NCBI RefSeq assembly: GCF_006345805.1
Contig: NC_043018.1
Location: 4,092,001 to 4,156,000, forward strand
Direction: 5' to 3'
Origin: Octopus sinensis
Lineage: Eukaryota
Length of the DNA stretch: 64,000 bases
The notes under the pieces were generated by a model. That model saw only the letters and a program-made list of their open reading frames with translations, was not told the DNA's origin and searched no databases. How positions within the stretch are numbered: position 1 is the stretch's first letter; the number at the start of each line of letters is the position of its first letter. Positions 12,427 through 25,413 of this stretch are shown piece after piece. The translations under genes and the position numbers were made by a program.

Positions 12427-15400
12427 GCAGGCTGCCGTTTTGCACACCGAAGACCCTGCCACATAAACATGAAATAGGGTAGAAACCAACTACCAAAAGG
12501 AAAAGGAATGGACCACGCACCAACTGCCTCAAAACGGAGGTACGCAGATGTGGTGCGTGCTACAAACCGCCAACATGTTATTGAAAGTGCAGCTGCTTAA
12601 CAAGAATCTTTTTTGTGCATGGCACAAAAGATTGTACAGCAGCTAACCTGGCTTCATCAAACTTAATCTCGCAGATGGGACTATCCACAATACACAAGAC
12701 CGCCACAGTAAACAGACCCTGGGTGGACACCGCCGGCAACAGCATACACATCACCTCGATGCTCCTACTGAACATCAGAGGACTGCTAACACTCAGTAAC
12801 AGGACAAAAATCCCGTTCTTGAGAGACTTTGTTGCATGCAATCAAGCCTTATGCATAGCACTTACGGAAACACACCTGAAACCGGACATAGTAGATGCGG
12901 AAATACACATACCACAGTATGTTGTACTACGAACTGACAGAAAAGAAAAGAGTCATGGAGGTGTTGCTATGTACATCTGCGAGGGCCTCACACCCCAGGT
13001 CCTTTTGTCATACTCAAATTCGGTGTGTGACACACTAATTGTACATATAAGTCAACTTGGTGTAGTTATATGTGCTACATATCGCCCTCCAGATGCCCCA
13101 AGCCATGTAGGCAAGTTCAAAGACTGCCTTATAAAAATAGAAGTTCTAGTCACATTAGAACAACACATAAGTGTACTTCTTATGGTAGACTTCAATCTAC
13201 CCAATGTCAGAAGGCCCGAGGGCCTTTCTCTCCCAGGAATGACACGATGTGAACGAGGACAGGTGAGGTCCCTCCTGAAACTCATCAACACTCTGTACAT
13301 GGAACAAGTAATACTCCAACCAACCAGGGCAGGTAACATACTGGATCTCTGCTGTACAAATAATATGGATCTCATTCATAATGTGAAAGTGACACCGACA
13401 CTACTCTCGGATTACAACATGGTAGAGCTGACCATGTACGGGCCAAAGGAAAGCATGGACATGCAGCCTACAAGAAACTCTGAGAATCTTTCCAGCTTGA
13501 ACTTCCATAAGGCAAACTGGAAACAAATTGAGAAAGAGATCCTCAAACAAAACTGGCCTGAATGTCTCTCCTCACCAGACATCGACATGAAACTTCAACA
13601 ATTCATGTCTGTAATGCAAGCCATATGCTACAAATGTGTCCCAGAGAGAAAGGCCACTGTACACAAGAACAAAATCCCCAGAGAGAGGAAAATTCTAATG
13701 GCATACAAAAGTTTCAAATGCAACTGACGTCTTTACCACTGCAGATATAAAATCAGAGGCAGCGATGATTGATTACATCAATATAAAGGAAGACGATGTA
13801 ATAAAGGCTATAGATGAAATGAAAACAAACTCAGCTACTGGCCCCGATGAATTCCCAGCAATCCTTCTAAAAGTATGTAAGAGAGTCCTAGCAAGACCAC
13901 TGCAGTTCCTCTTTCAGAGCTTCCTTGCAACTGGTAAACTCCCAAGAAAACTGAAGGAAGGTAAAATATGCCCTATTCATAAAGGAGGTAGCAGAGCGGA
14001 GGCCAAGAACTACAGACCTATCTCTGACCTCACACATCAGCAAGGTCATGGAACGAATAGTCAGAAGGAAACTAATCACCTTCCTTGAAGAAAATGACTT
14101 GCTGCCTGACACCCAACATGGTTTCCGACCAGGAAGAAGCTGCTTAACTCAGCTCCTACAACACTATGACTGGGTGCTGAAACGACTGCTCAACCACACA
14201 AATGTGGAAGTCATATATCTCGACTTTGCAAAGGCCTTTGATAAAGTCGATCATGGAATGATATGTCACAAACTGCGTGATCTTGGCGTAGTTGGAAAAT
14301 TGGGAGAATGGCTTCATGACTTTCTGAAGGATAGAAGTCAGGTGGTAGTAGCCAATGAGGCCACCTCCAATAACGCACAAATAGTGAGCGGTGTTCCGCA
14401 AGGCACTGTTTTGGGACCACTACTGTTCATAATGGCCCTTTCAGACATGCCCTCAGCCACGCAGAGAGCCACGATCACAAGTTATGCAGATGATACAAAA
14501 GTTTCACAGGCAATACAGAACCCTGAAGACACTAAGCACCTGCAATGTGAGCTGGACAAAATATACAAGTGGGCTGAAAAGAATAGCATGCAGTTCAATG
14601 CTGAAAAGTTTCAAGCTTTATGCTATCAGCATGCAAAACTGAATGCAATACCCAATGAATACACTGGACCCGGAGGGATTGCAATCCCAGAGGCACAATC
14701 AGTGCGTGACCTGGGTATTCACATAAGTGATGACGCGACCTTTCATGTACATGTTGCTAAATTGGCAATGAAATGTAGACAGCTGGCCGGATGGATTCTT
14801 AGAACCTTTAGAACAAGAGAACAAGAAACCATGATGGTCCTCTGGAAGACACTTGTCCTAAGCCACTTTGACTATTGCTCTCAGCTATGGTCACCATCCA
14901 GTGTCAAGTTGATCACAGAACTTGAGGCGATCCAACGAAGCTACATGAAGAAGATAGCCTCTGTGCAGCATATAAGCTACTGGGAAAGACTCAAGAGATT
15001 AAAACTCTATTCCTTGGAGCGTAGGCGAGAAAGATATGCCATAATATATATCTGGAAGATCCTGGAAGGACTTGCCCCAAACTTTGGCATCGAGAGTCCC
15101 ACAAATGCCAGAACCGGGCACCACTGCGTGGTACCAAGGACTCCAAATTTGCCATCAAGATATAGGACAAGATACTGTGATAGCCTGGACTTCAGAGGCC
15201 CACAGCTCTTCAATATCCTCCCGAAGAACCTGAGGGACCTGCATGGTGTAGATGCGGATGTCTTTAAAGTAGGACAGGATCTCTTCCTGTCAGGTGTCCC
15301 GGATGAACCAACTTCATGGCAGGAGGTGCAGATGAGGGCAGCTGCATCGAACTCTCTCATGCACCAAATGGCAGTTGCTAAAAAGCATTCGTGAGGTAAA

Positions 15401-15470
15401 ATCATGTAGCAAACCAAATGGCGGTGCCCCAGCATGGCCACAGCTCATGAACTGAAACTGGAAAAATCAA
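12427..15470 (+). mobile_element. CR1-like (Jockey/CR1/L2 group) LINE: ORF1 tail plus APE-RT ORF2, with internal deletion and frameshifts
   Basis: APE in 12615-13727 (LLNIRGL, LTETHL, YRPPD, VDFNLP, NILDL). RT in 13765-15394 (ATGPDEFP, YRPIS, QHGFRPGRSC, YLDFAKAFD, GVPQGTVLGPLLF, YADDTK). The EN-RT linker appears deleted near 13740-13765, with a frameshift near 14020. Confidence 0.9.
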
Positions 15471-15511
15471 AATCATATATATATATGTATATATATATAT
15501 ATGTATATATC

Positions 15512-15904
15512 AAAGTAAATATATGGCACAACGAAGTACCGATATTTACTGGAAATAGCGAACGTAATAATACAACGCTAATGTATAGCTTCACCGCGTA
15601 TGTACCAGCAAAAATGCGTGAGTGCAACAAACTTGAAAAAAATTTGTCTTACCTCCAGGGAGAACATCTGAAAGATGAAATACCTAGAAAAGGATAATGT
15701 GGGACCGGAGCCGGTTTCAGATTTTTCAAGATATGCCTCCACACATATACTTGATCTATCTTTATCAGCCAAATTTTTTTAAAGTTTGTTGCACACACGC
15801 ATTTTTGCTAGTACATACGCGGTGAAGCTATACATTAGCGTTGTATTATTACTTTCGCTATTTCCAGTAAATATCGGTACTTCGTTGTGCCATATATTTA
15901 CTTC
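15512..15904. mobile_element. Long-TIR MITE/foldback element (134-bp arms, 123-bp spacer)
   Basis: 15513-15646 pairs with 15770-15903 with about 4 mismatches. The right end reads ...ATTTACTTCTA. Confidence 0.85.
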
Positions 15905-15962
15905 TATGTATAATTTTCCCTCACGGGCTATTCTTTACTGGAAAGCAATACTTTCATATTGC

Positions 15963-15983
15963 ATTACTAATTATATATATATG

Positions 15984-16014
<31 letters not shown>

Positions 16015-16238
16015 GTATAAGAAAATGTGTGTATATATATATATGTGTGTGTGGGGGTATGTGTGTGTGTGTATGTGTGTGTATATGTGTGTGTGTGTGT
16101 ATGTGTGTGTATATATGTGTGTGTGTGTGTAGATATATATATATGTGTGTGTGTGTAGATATATATATATGTGTGTGTGTGTGTGTAGATATATATATGT
16201 GTGTGTGTGTGTGTGTAGATATATACATGTATATATCA

Positions 16239-16269
<31 letters not shown>

Positions 16270-16290
16270 TATAATATATATATATATATA
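15963..16290. repeat. Compound (TA)n/(TG)n microsatellite block, one of many in the window
   Basis: Direct inspection; such blocks produce the YI/CV-rich spurious ORFs. Confidence 0.95.
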
Positions 16291-17914
16291 ATAAATTCAG
16301 GGTGAATACTTGATAAATGTAAGCACCTGTATATGCCAGCTAGTTGCATAGGTGATAGGATATATGTATCAAATGAAATAAATGAAAAACAGGACGCAAA
16401 GGATGTTGCGGTACATATGTTTCGGGCTTTATAGAACAACTTATTCTTACATCAATGCATATATATATATATATGTATGTGTATATATATCTATATATAT
16501 ATATGTATGTATATACAAGTGTCCAAGGATGTGAACTAATGTGTTAGTGGGCTTGGTGCATTAAACATTCACTGAGCAACCATATTGCTTTCACATTTTA
16601 GGTTAGTAACACTTGTTAGTTATATCATGTTAAGAAAGTGAAAACAAAATTATAGAATATAAATGAAAAAGCATGTATATATTTCTAATGAACTAATTTT
16701 TCTAGTACTTACATGCTAAAGAAAGAAAGTCTTGTTTATTGACTGTGATAACAGCATTGGTTTTTGTCTAAAAGAATCCTCGTCAAATTATTTGACCTTG
16801 TAAGTAACCTCATGACGTAAAAATATTCCTTTCATCTGAAAGGCATTTAAAGATTACACAATATAAAAATGTTTGGTTTTGACTATACTTCATCTTCTAT
16901 TCTCTTCATCCATCACTAAGACAAACTAATTATTTAAGAATTTAGCATAAACTGGGTTAAATAGAATTTACTTATTTTTTCTGAAGTAGGTTTTTAACAT
17001 TGTAGCTTATTTAATTTATTCGAGCGTTGCATGGGTTTGCTGCATTTGTCTTAGTTACACTTGTTTCTTCCTACTGTTGAGAAAAATTACTCTCAAATAT
17101 TTTGCTCTTGTGATCAATCTCCTATCCTCATAAATTCATCTATAAACAATCCAAATTATTTTATTAAAAATAGTCAGAAAAATAGGTTGCATAAAACTAG
17201 TTTTTCAATTTTTTTTTTCATCATGTTTAAGATCATGCTGGAACACCAGTTTAAAGGAAATAAAAGCATACGAAATGTAAGCAGTATTATTAGATTATTC
17301 TTATAGTTCAAAATTCCAGTTGATAACACTATTCACAACATCTTTTCATTTCTCAACAATCCTAATTACCTATGCTCACCAGTGTACAAAGCTTGTGTGC
17401 CAAATACAGTGGGGATTATGCTTCATTGATGAGGTCAGAATAATACTAAAATATTTCCAGAGTTGTATTTCATATTAGTCTTTTTTTTCACTGCACACGC
17501 ACGCACGCACGCACACACACACACACACACACAGAGTTAACTGCTTGGTGTGTTGAGCATGTTAGCTTTCAACTCTTTAAATTTATACTTAATCTAACTC
17601 CATTCACAAGATTTGCATCAGCCTAAAATTGTGATAGCCACTTGCCCATGATGCCATGCGGCAGGATCAAATGGGGGAACCCTGTGTTTGCAGAGTGAAT
17701 TTTTTAACCACAGTCACACCTGTGTTCATGAACATTTAACCTTTTAGCGTTCAGATTATTCTGGCCAATGTAATGCTTATTTATTTGCATTGTTTTGAAC
17801 TACCCATGCATTATCTCATAGCTTTTAAATTTCAATGATGTGATTATTTATTTTTAGAATGACATTATAGGGTAGGTGTGAGAGGCTAGTCCCAACATAA
17901 AATCAATGGTTTAA

Positions 17915-18124
17915 CCCTTTAGCATTCAGATTATTCTGTCAAATATAAAGCTTATGTATTCACACCATGTAAAATTAATCTTGCATCATTTCATGGCTTT
18001 GAGATTTCATTGATGTGATTGTTTATTTTTAAAATGACACAATAAGGTAGCTATGAATGACCATATCTGACTATTCTGAACATAAAATAGGTAGAATATT
18101 TTTGCCGGTTTAAACACTAAAGGG
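17915..18124. mobile_element. TTAA-flanked MITE (piggyBac-like ends); related copies at 23460-23665, 62493-62702 and partial ones near 3830 and 17740
   Basis: TTAA|CCCTTTAGCATT...AACACTAAAGGG|TTAA; the internal sequence recurs in the other copies. Confidence 0.8.
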
Positions 18125-18338
18125 TTAAGTGCTTAAGGGTAAAGATTTCCTCTAATCATTGAGAAACAGATTTCATTGTTTTCTAGTGTCACTGAGCACT
18201 TCCTTTCAACATGGGCATAGTTTTCTTTGGAACATCACTGTCACTCACAAAATACTGTAGCTTGCTTGGTACTAGCTTATGGGGAATGATTGAGGGGGCT
18301 TAGGCAAAGGATGACAAGTAGTGCTGATGACTTTTTAA

Positions 18339-18557
18339 CCCTTTTGTTACTGTATTTATTTTGAGATGCTCTGTGTTCTTTCAATTACTTCAATTATAAT
18401 AAAGAATTTAGTAAAATAACTTACTTATCATTCAACTAGTGTTAGAAACATAAATTGTGACAAAGGTTTGGTGGAAGATTTTAATTCAAAACTTATGAAA
18501 ACAAGACATTTGTACTCAAAGCCAGAGCCGGTTTCAGCTGGGTTGGTAATGAAAGGG
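18339..18557. mobile_element. Second TTAA-flanked MITE family (piggyBac-like ends)
   Basis: TTAA|CCCTTTTG...GAAAGGG|TTAA with a different interior from the 17915 element. Confidence 0.7.
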
Positions 18558-20132
18558 TTAAGGGCATGTGAGACTGGTAGAAAGAGGGAGTAATTTATTA
18601 CTCCCTCCAAGGCCAACCAAAGCCTTGTGAGTGAATTTGGATGATAGAAACTTTAAGAAGCCTGTCGTGTGTGTGTGTACCTTTGTCTTGACATCACATG
18701 ATGACTGTAAATGTTTACTTTCAGTCTTTCAGGAAAATACATCCAGCTATGGGAAATATTAGCTTGCTTGGAAACAGGTGAGGGTTGGCAACATGAAGGG
18801 TATCTGTTTGTAGAAAATCTACCTCAACAAGTTCCATCTGACCCATGCAAGCATGGAAAAGTTGTTGTTAAACTGATCCAGGTCTGCATGTTTACAACAG
18901 AGTAGATTCTATGGATGACACCAAAGAACAGGAATGATCGTATTGGCAGGTTTTCATAAAATTTCTGTCTGTCAAATTTCACTCACAAAGCATTGGTTGA
19001 CTTGAGGCAATGGCTAAAAGTCATTTGCTCAATGTTGCATGCTGAAGTTAGAGCTGAAACTGTCTTAAATATACTGCCATATCTGCATTTGCTATGATAT
19101 TTCTTGCTTGTGAGAACAACATGAATGTTGTTGTTCTTGTTACACCATTGTGTGGATAACTGTTTTATGTACATGTGTGGAGTATATGTAGCTCACATAA
19201 AGTGGTTTCTCATTTATTTAAAAAGTGAAGACTGGTTGTAATTGTCAATGCTATGGAAAGAGATTTTAAGAAATACAATATAAAAGTTTTTACTAACTTT
19301 GAAACTAGTTATCTACAGTAGGTTACAAACTTCCATGTTGTGAACCGATTGGGTGAGCAGAAATTGGCCATTAGAAATTGGTGTGATTCTGTGAGAAATT
19401 TGGCTGTTAAGAGTCTTTAAAAAGCAAGGCCTAGATTAAGCAGTGTAGTCTTAGATCTACCGTGGAAATTAAAAAGGAAATAAACAGAATGGTCACAATG
19501 GAATGTCTTTTGATCATAGATCTGCTCAGTGAAGGCTGATCAGGGTAATATTAGTAATAGAATTACTACCATCAACACCATTACTTGTATCAATCTGGTA
19601 CAGTTGACTGCCATTCTGTCATTTTCTATATCTTCTCCACTTTTAGTCCACTTATAAATAGTTACAGCTGAATACCACATCAAACTTCTCTTTATGACAC
19701 TACTAAAGTATTTTTGTCAAGTGATTTCCAAGATTAAACCATATTTCTTTGATTTTTATTTTATTTAATTTTATTTTAAATACTTTTGCGTCATATGTGT
19801 CTTTTGCTTCTCATTTTTTTATCCCTTTGAAATGGAGTTCTATCAGTTTGCAAATTTGGTCAATTTGTTCAAATCACTAAATTGGAACCAGCATTTTTGG
19901 CTTAACTCAGAAAGTCTGAGGTATTCATTACTGAGGAGATCAAATCCAGTCAAAATATCATATCTGGCCATTCACCAGGCATTCTGAGTGAGGCCTGTAT
20001 TTCTAAAATTTCTACACAAGTCCCTTTCAGAAGTTTCTCTGAGATGAAATATTATATGCGCTATCATTCTACATTTGTATCTACACTGTTATACGCACAC
20101 CAATCTTTCAATTTTATCTTTTATTCTTTCAG

Positions 20133-20153
20133 AACTGATAAATTACCAGTCAA
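20133..20153 (+). CDS. Candidate DENND1 21-nt microexon (xTDKLPVK)
   Basis: Long pyrimidine tract plus AG at 20131-20132, CAA|gtaatg donor, stop-free in phase 2-2 and in frame with the 20282 exon. Confidence 0.5.
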
Positions 20154-20281
20154 GTAATGAGGTCAATATAATTACACATAACCTCTGAATTTGAGACCTT
20201 GTGCTTGTATTATTAATTACAATATATGTAAAATATTTCTTCAGTGTATGCGTGTGTAACTGTAGTGTTTTCTTCTTTCAG

Positions 20282-20346
20282 AGAAAATCCAGAAAGAATA
20301 TTTGAACTTTTTGTAGAAATTGGCAAGCCATCGGGTGACAAAGAAG
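20282..20346 (+). CDS. DENND1: DENND1 coding exon, 65 nt (xENPERIFELFVEIGKPSGDKE)
   Basis: tcttctttcag| acceptor, AAG|gtgaga donor, phase 2 to 1. Confidence 0.93.
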
Positions 20347-23300
20347 GTGAGAGATACTAATCACTTAAATAATTGTTAATAGCAAATTTGCTCTCCTTCA
20401 CAATTTTCTCAATGTTATGCTACTCTTATTAATGATTAGTTAATTATAACTACTTGGCCAGGTCTGGCAGTGTACCAACAGCTGAGAGTTTGGAAGTAAA
20501 TTAGGATAGTAGAGAAAATTTAATAGGTGTGGTAACTATTACTTGAGAATGAGTAACTCACTGGAGTGGAGTAAGTTGTGAAGCTGCACAAGTTTTTGGG
20601 TGTAAACATTTCTGTCATTTTCTATTTATTTTTTTTACTGCCAATGTGTGTGTGTCGCGTCTGTCTATGTGTGTATATGTATGATGTCAATAAACACGTT
20701 CACAAATATTGATTTATGCAGAGCAGACTTTACATGCCAAGCACTTAAGACTAATACAAATACATACGGATGTATTTGCATGCATATGTATGTATATATA
20801 TATGGAGGCGTAATGGCCCAGTGGTTAGGGCAGCAGACTCGCGGTCATAGGATCGCGGTTTCGATTCCCAGACCAGGCGTTGTGAGTGTTTATTGAGCGA
20901 AAGCTCCACGAGGCTCCGGCAGGGGATGGTGGTGATCCCTGCTGTACTCTTTCACCACAACTTTCTCTCAATCTTACTTCCTGTTTCTATTGTACCTGTA
21001 TTTCAAAGGGCTGGCCTTGTCACTCTCTGTGTCACGCTGAATATCCCCGAGAACTACGTTAAGGGTACACGTGTCTGTGGAGTGCTCAGCCACTTACACG
21101 TTAATTTCACGAGCAGGCTGTTCCGTTGATTCGGATCAACCGGAACCCTCATCGTCGTAACCGACGGAGTGCTTCCCCATATATATATATATATATATAT
21201 TTATATTAGACAGACAGAGTGCAGTGAATAAATTGTCATCTAAATTATACAAAAATGAAAATATCGCTCACATCTCATTTTAACAGATATATTTTTCTAA
21301 ATTTACACAAAAATATCTTGAAATACTAAAGAGTAAATTTATTCAATAAAATCACCATTGGCTTCAGCTATGACCTTCGGACGACTTTGGAATCTCTTGA
21401 AATTCTTCTGGACAATCTCTGTGTTTAAGTTGGTGAATGCTGCCATTATCCTTGCCTTTAGTTCATCTTTGGTGTTATAAAGAGTTTTGTTGGTCTCTCA
21501 CACATAATAATAAAGAGGGTTGCAGTCTGGTGTGTTAGGTGGCCAGATGTTAGGGGTGACAGCCATAACTGGATTCTTCTGTTTGTGTGGCATGGTGCAG
21601 TGTCCTGTTGCTAGACATAGGGTCTTCCAGCACCCACCCTCTTGACCCAGGGCAGTGTGATCCTGGCAGAAATCTTTCTTGTCTGAGAAAAACCAAAGTA
21701 TGTTCGGTTGGAAGGGATGCTTGAGTTTGTTCAAAAGCTTCATAGTGTGGTCTTTCCTATTGTTCTCGATGGCTTGGGACAAAAATTGGTCCTTTCTCAT
21801 CTTGTATGAGGAATGCTGAATGTCTTCGTGCCCTACCTGCCTGATAAGAAACTCAGGCACTCCTATGTCTCTGGCAATGGACCCGATTGACTTGGAAGGA
21901 TCATTGTCTCTCTATTCCCTACTCATGCACTTTGGCAATACCCTATCATTTATATCCTGACTCTGTATCTTGAGGGCATGCCCTTCCACTTTGCCACCAC
22001 TTATCTCCCCCTGGCTCTTCTCCACCATCCCTTGTATATTCTGATCCCCATTCCTTGTGTGCATACTTTGGTGCTTTGCCACTATCTCTCTCTTGCTCTC
22101 TTTCACTCTTTCTCTTTCTCTTTTCTACTCTCTCACTTCCTCTTGCTCTATCCCCCTGACTGCTTAACCATGTATTACCTCCTCTACAACGACACACCCA
22201 TTACTCACCTCACTCTTGATCACTTCTTCTTTCTTGCTCTCTCTGACAGGGTAACCATGTATCTCCTCTATAAGCAAGACACCCGTTTCTGTCTCTCTGT
22301 CACACTAACCTTTCATTATTCAAGATCACCTCTTTCAATGCTCCCTCCCCTTTCAAAGGATCTTTATCTTGCAAGTTACTTGGTGACCCTGCCAGTGCTG
22401 GTCCCACATAAAAAGCATCTAGTTCACACTGTAAAGTTGCTGGTATTTGGAAGGGCATCCAACTGTGAAAAACCTTGCCAAAACTGACTTCGCCTGTGCT
22501 GGTGCCATGTAAAAAGCACTCAGCCCACTCTGCAACGGTTAGTGTTAGGAAGGGCATCCAGCTGTAAAAACCCTGCAAAAAAAACAGACAGCGAAGCATG
22601 GTGCAGTCTTCTGCCTAACCAGCTCTTGTCATACTGTCCAACCTATGCCAGCATGGAAAGCAGACGTTAAGTGATGATGATTATGCAGTCTGTTGTCCAG
22701 TGTATTCATAGTGATTGTGTCTATCTTGCTCACTATGTCTCTCTTCTTTCTCCTCTCCCCTCTCTCCCTTCCTCTCCTCTCTCTCCCTTCCTCTCCTCTC
22801 TCTCCCTTCCTCTCCTCTCTCTCCCTTCCTCTCCTCTCTCTCCTTTCCTCACACAATCTATGATTCCAGATATCTTTGTATTTCTATTTACTTGACCAGA
22901 GAGAGAGAGAGAGAGAGCCCAATATATTCTCATTTATTTCTTGTATACCCTTCGTTCTGTACTCGTTAGAACAGACTGATTGTTTTTTTGTTTTTTTTTT
23001 TGAGAGCAGAAAGAGAAATTACATAAAATGCTTTAACTGTACTAGCTTTTAAAGAAAGGAATAGACCTTACAACATAAGTGTCAAATAACTAAAATAACA
23101 TTTTCCCTTCCAAGCATAGAAAATAGTTGACTGTGTTAATTATATTTATTTATGTATTCATACATGTTAATGGTGTATTTTGATATTTCTATTTCAGAAC
23201 CATTTATTCTGCAACATTACCCACCTAATTACACCGATGAAGTAAGTCATTTACTTAAATTAAATCATCCAATTGTATGAGAGAAGTTGTAGTTAATAAG

Positions 23301-25364
23301 ATTATATAATTATTTCAACCATTAACCTCATCTTTAACTCTTTTGATACCAATCTGCTGTATTTCATATGACACAGAACAGCCACAATTTCAAAGTGTTC
23401 ATATCAAAGTTAAAGCCTTTCATCATATTTTTTTAGTTATATTTATAATGTTGGCTTAACCCTTTAGCATTTCAACTGGCCATATCCAGCCCTGTTTTAT
23501 GTTTAAACCAACCAGATCTGGCCATTCACACCCACCCTACAATGTCATTCTAAAAAGAACCAATGATATCGTTGAGATCTTGCAGCTATGAGATTAATCA
23601 TGATTTCTTCAAAACACTGAATAAACAAGCATTGCATTTGACAAAATAATTTGAATAGTGGAGGGTTAATAATGAAAATATTTGTTATGTTACTTAAATC
23701 CTTAAAATCAGGAAGCAGTTCTTGACACTTAAGCTATGGATGCAATTTTAAAAATCAAAGCCATGTAATAGGAGTGCATATAGCATTTGTGTATATTAGT
23801 TTCTATTTGCAGCTCTGTGAAAGCTACTTGCTATAATGGCTGGTGTTATTGTTGATATTTCTGGCAACAATTCATCTCCTTGCTTTGCACCTTCAAAGAC
23901 ATACAAAATAAGAGGTCCCTTAGTTGAAAAACAAGTAAGGGTTTGTGGCAGGAAGGACATCTGGCTGTAAACCAATGCATCATTGATATACATCTAACTC
24001 ATGCTAGCATTGGAAAAAACATGCTGTTTCTCACAGTAATGTATGATATATATTAAAGTAGGATTTATTTTCCCTCATATATCTTAGGCATGGATTGCAT
24101 GCATTCATTAAACTGACTTCTCAGAATTGTTAATTTTGAAAATTATTTGAAGTCCTTAGAGTATTTCCTTGTGAGTAGTTGATTTCTTGTATGTGTGGGT
24201 AAGAAGTTTGCTCCCCATTCACATAGTTTTGTGTTCAGTGCCACTGCATTGCACCTTGGGCTAGTGTTTGTTACTATTCCCCAGGGCGTGAGTGGATTTG
24301 ATAGATGGAAACTGAAAGAAGCCTGTCACACATGCATGTGTGTCTCCTTGCCTTAACATTGTGTGATAGCTGGAAATGAAAGTCACTGTAAAAAGCAGTG
24401 TCTTTCTACTACTACAAATGTAGGAAATTCCATCTGTGGGTCTGTTTGTGGAGTTGTTGGTTAGCTCCTCCTACATTATTTTATTGATTTTGATGAAACT
24501 TGACATGTGAGTAGAACTCATATCTGGAAACCTCATGGCATACTCAGATTATTGAAAAAAAAACAAACAATAATAGTGCCCCTGGAAGGGATCCTTATAT
24601 ATATATATATATATATATATATCTATTTATAAAACTGAAAAAAAGTTTGTTTGTTAGACTCCACCGCTTGGCATGCTTTCAACACCACAACATCCCGTCG
24701 GATTGACTCAAATTTACAGGGACATGTAAAATGAGGTGACAATACCAGTGGGCTACGTTAGAAATCCCTATCTTAAAAGGTGTCGTTGCTAGGGCCAAAA
24801 ACCCACTTTGACAAGTCCACTCCCATTCTTTTACGTATCTGTCTTCCTCACTCACGCTATTTCCTCCCTTCCCGTCTAACTCCCCTTCACTTTCTCTTTA
24901 TAACTTCGTCAAACGGCGTTCTATATCTCGCTGTCTGCATTCATAGAGAGAATTATCATCGTCACCACCAACACACAATCATGAGAACAATTATTAGGAA
25001 TCAGATATTTATTGCGTTCATTTATATATATGTGTGTGTGTGTTCTATATATAAATATGTATATATAATGTATATATATACAAAGTGTATATATCTGTAT
25101 TTATGTATATTAAACTTTTTAATACTTTTTGATAGTTATATATATTTTTAAACAAATTATAAATACAATTTAATATTTTTTAAAAAATTTAAATAATTTA
25201 AATTTTTCAATTTTATATTTTATATATTATATTTTTATTTTTATGTTTTTGGTTTTTCACTGTTTGATTTGCCTATTAGTGGTTTTATCTCTAATTTAAT
25301 TTATACATATATATATAATTTGTATACATGTGTATATATAATGCGTGCACTCACATACACACAC

Positions 25365-25413
<49 letters not shown>

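Noticed and set aside
15786-16439. ORFs rich in YI, CV or HT repeats here and elsewhere
   Set aside because: They are translations of (TA)n/(TG)n microsatellites.
1-20132. DENND1 start exon (MGSRI-like, phase-2 donor)
   Set aside because: No ATG-GGN candidate followed by a suitable donor was found; it probably lies upstream of the window.
20804-20880. tRNA gene
   Set aside because: The A and B boxes continue into a 300-bp SINE body and no complete cloverleaf forms.
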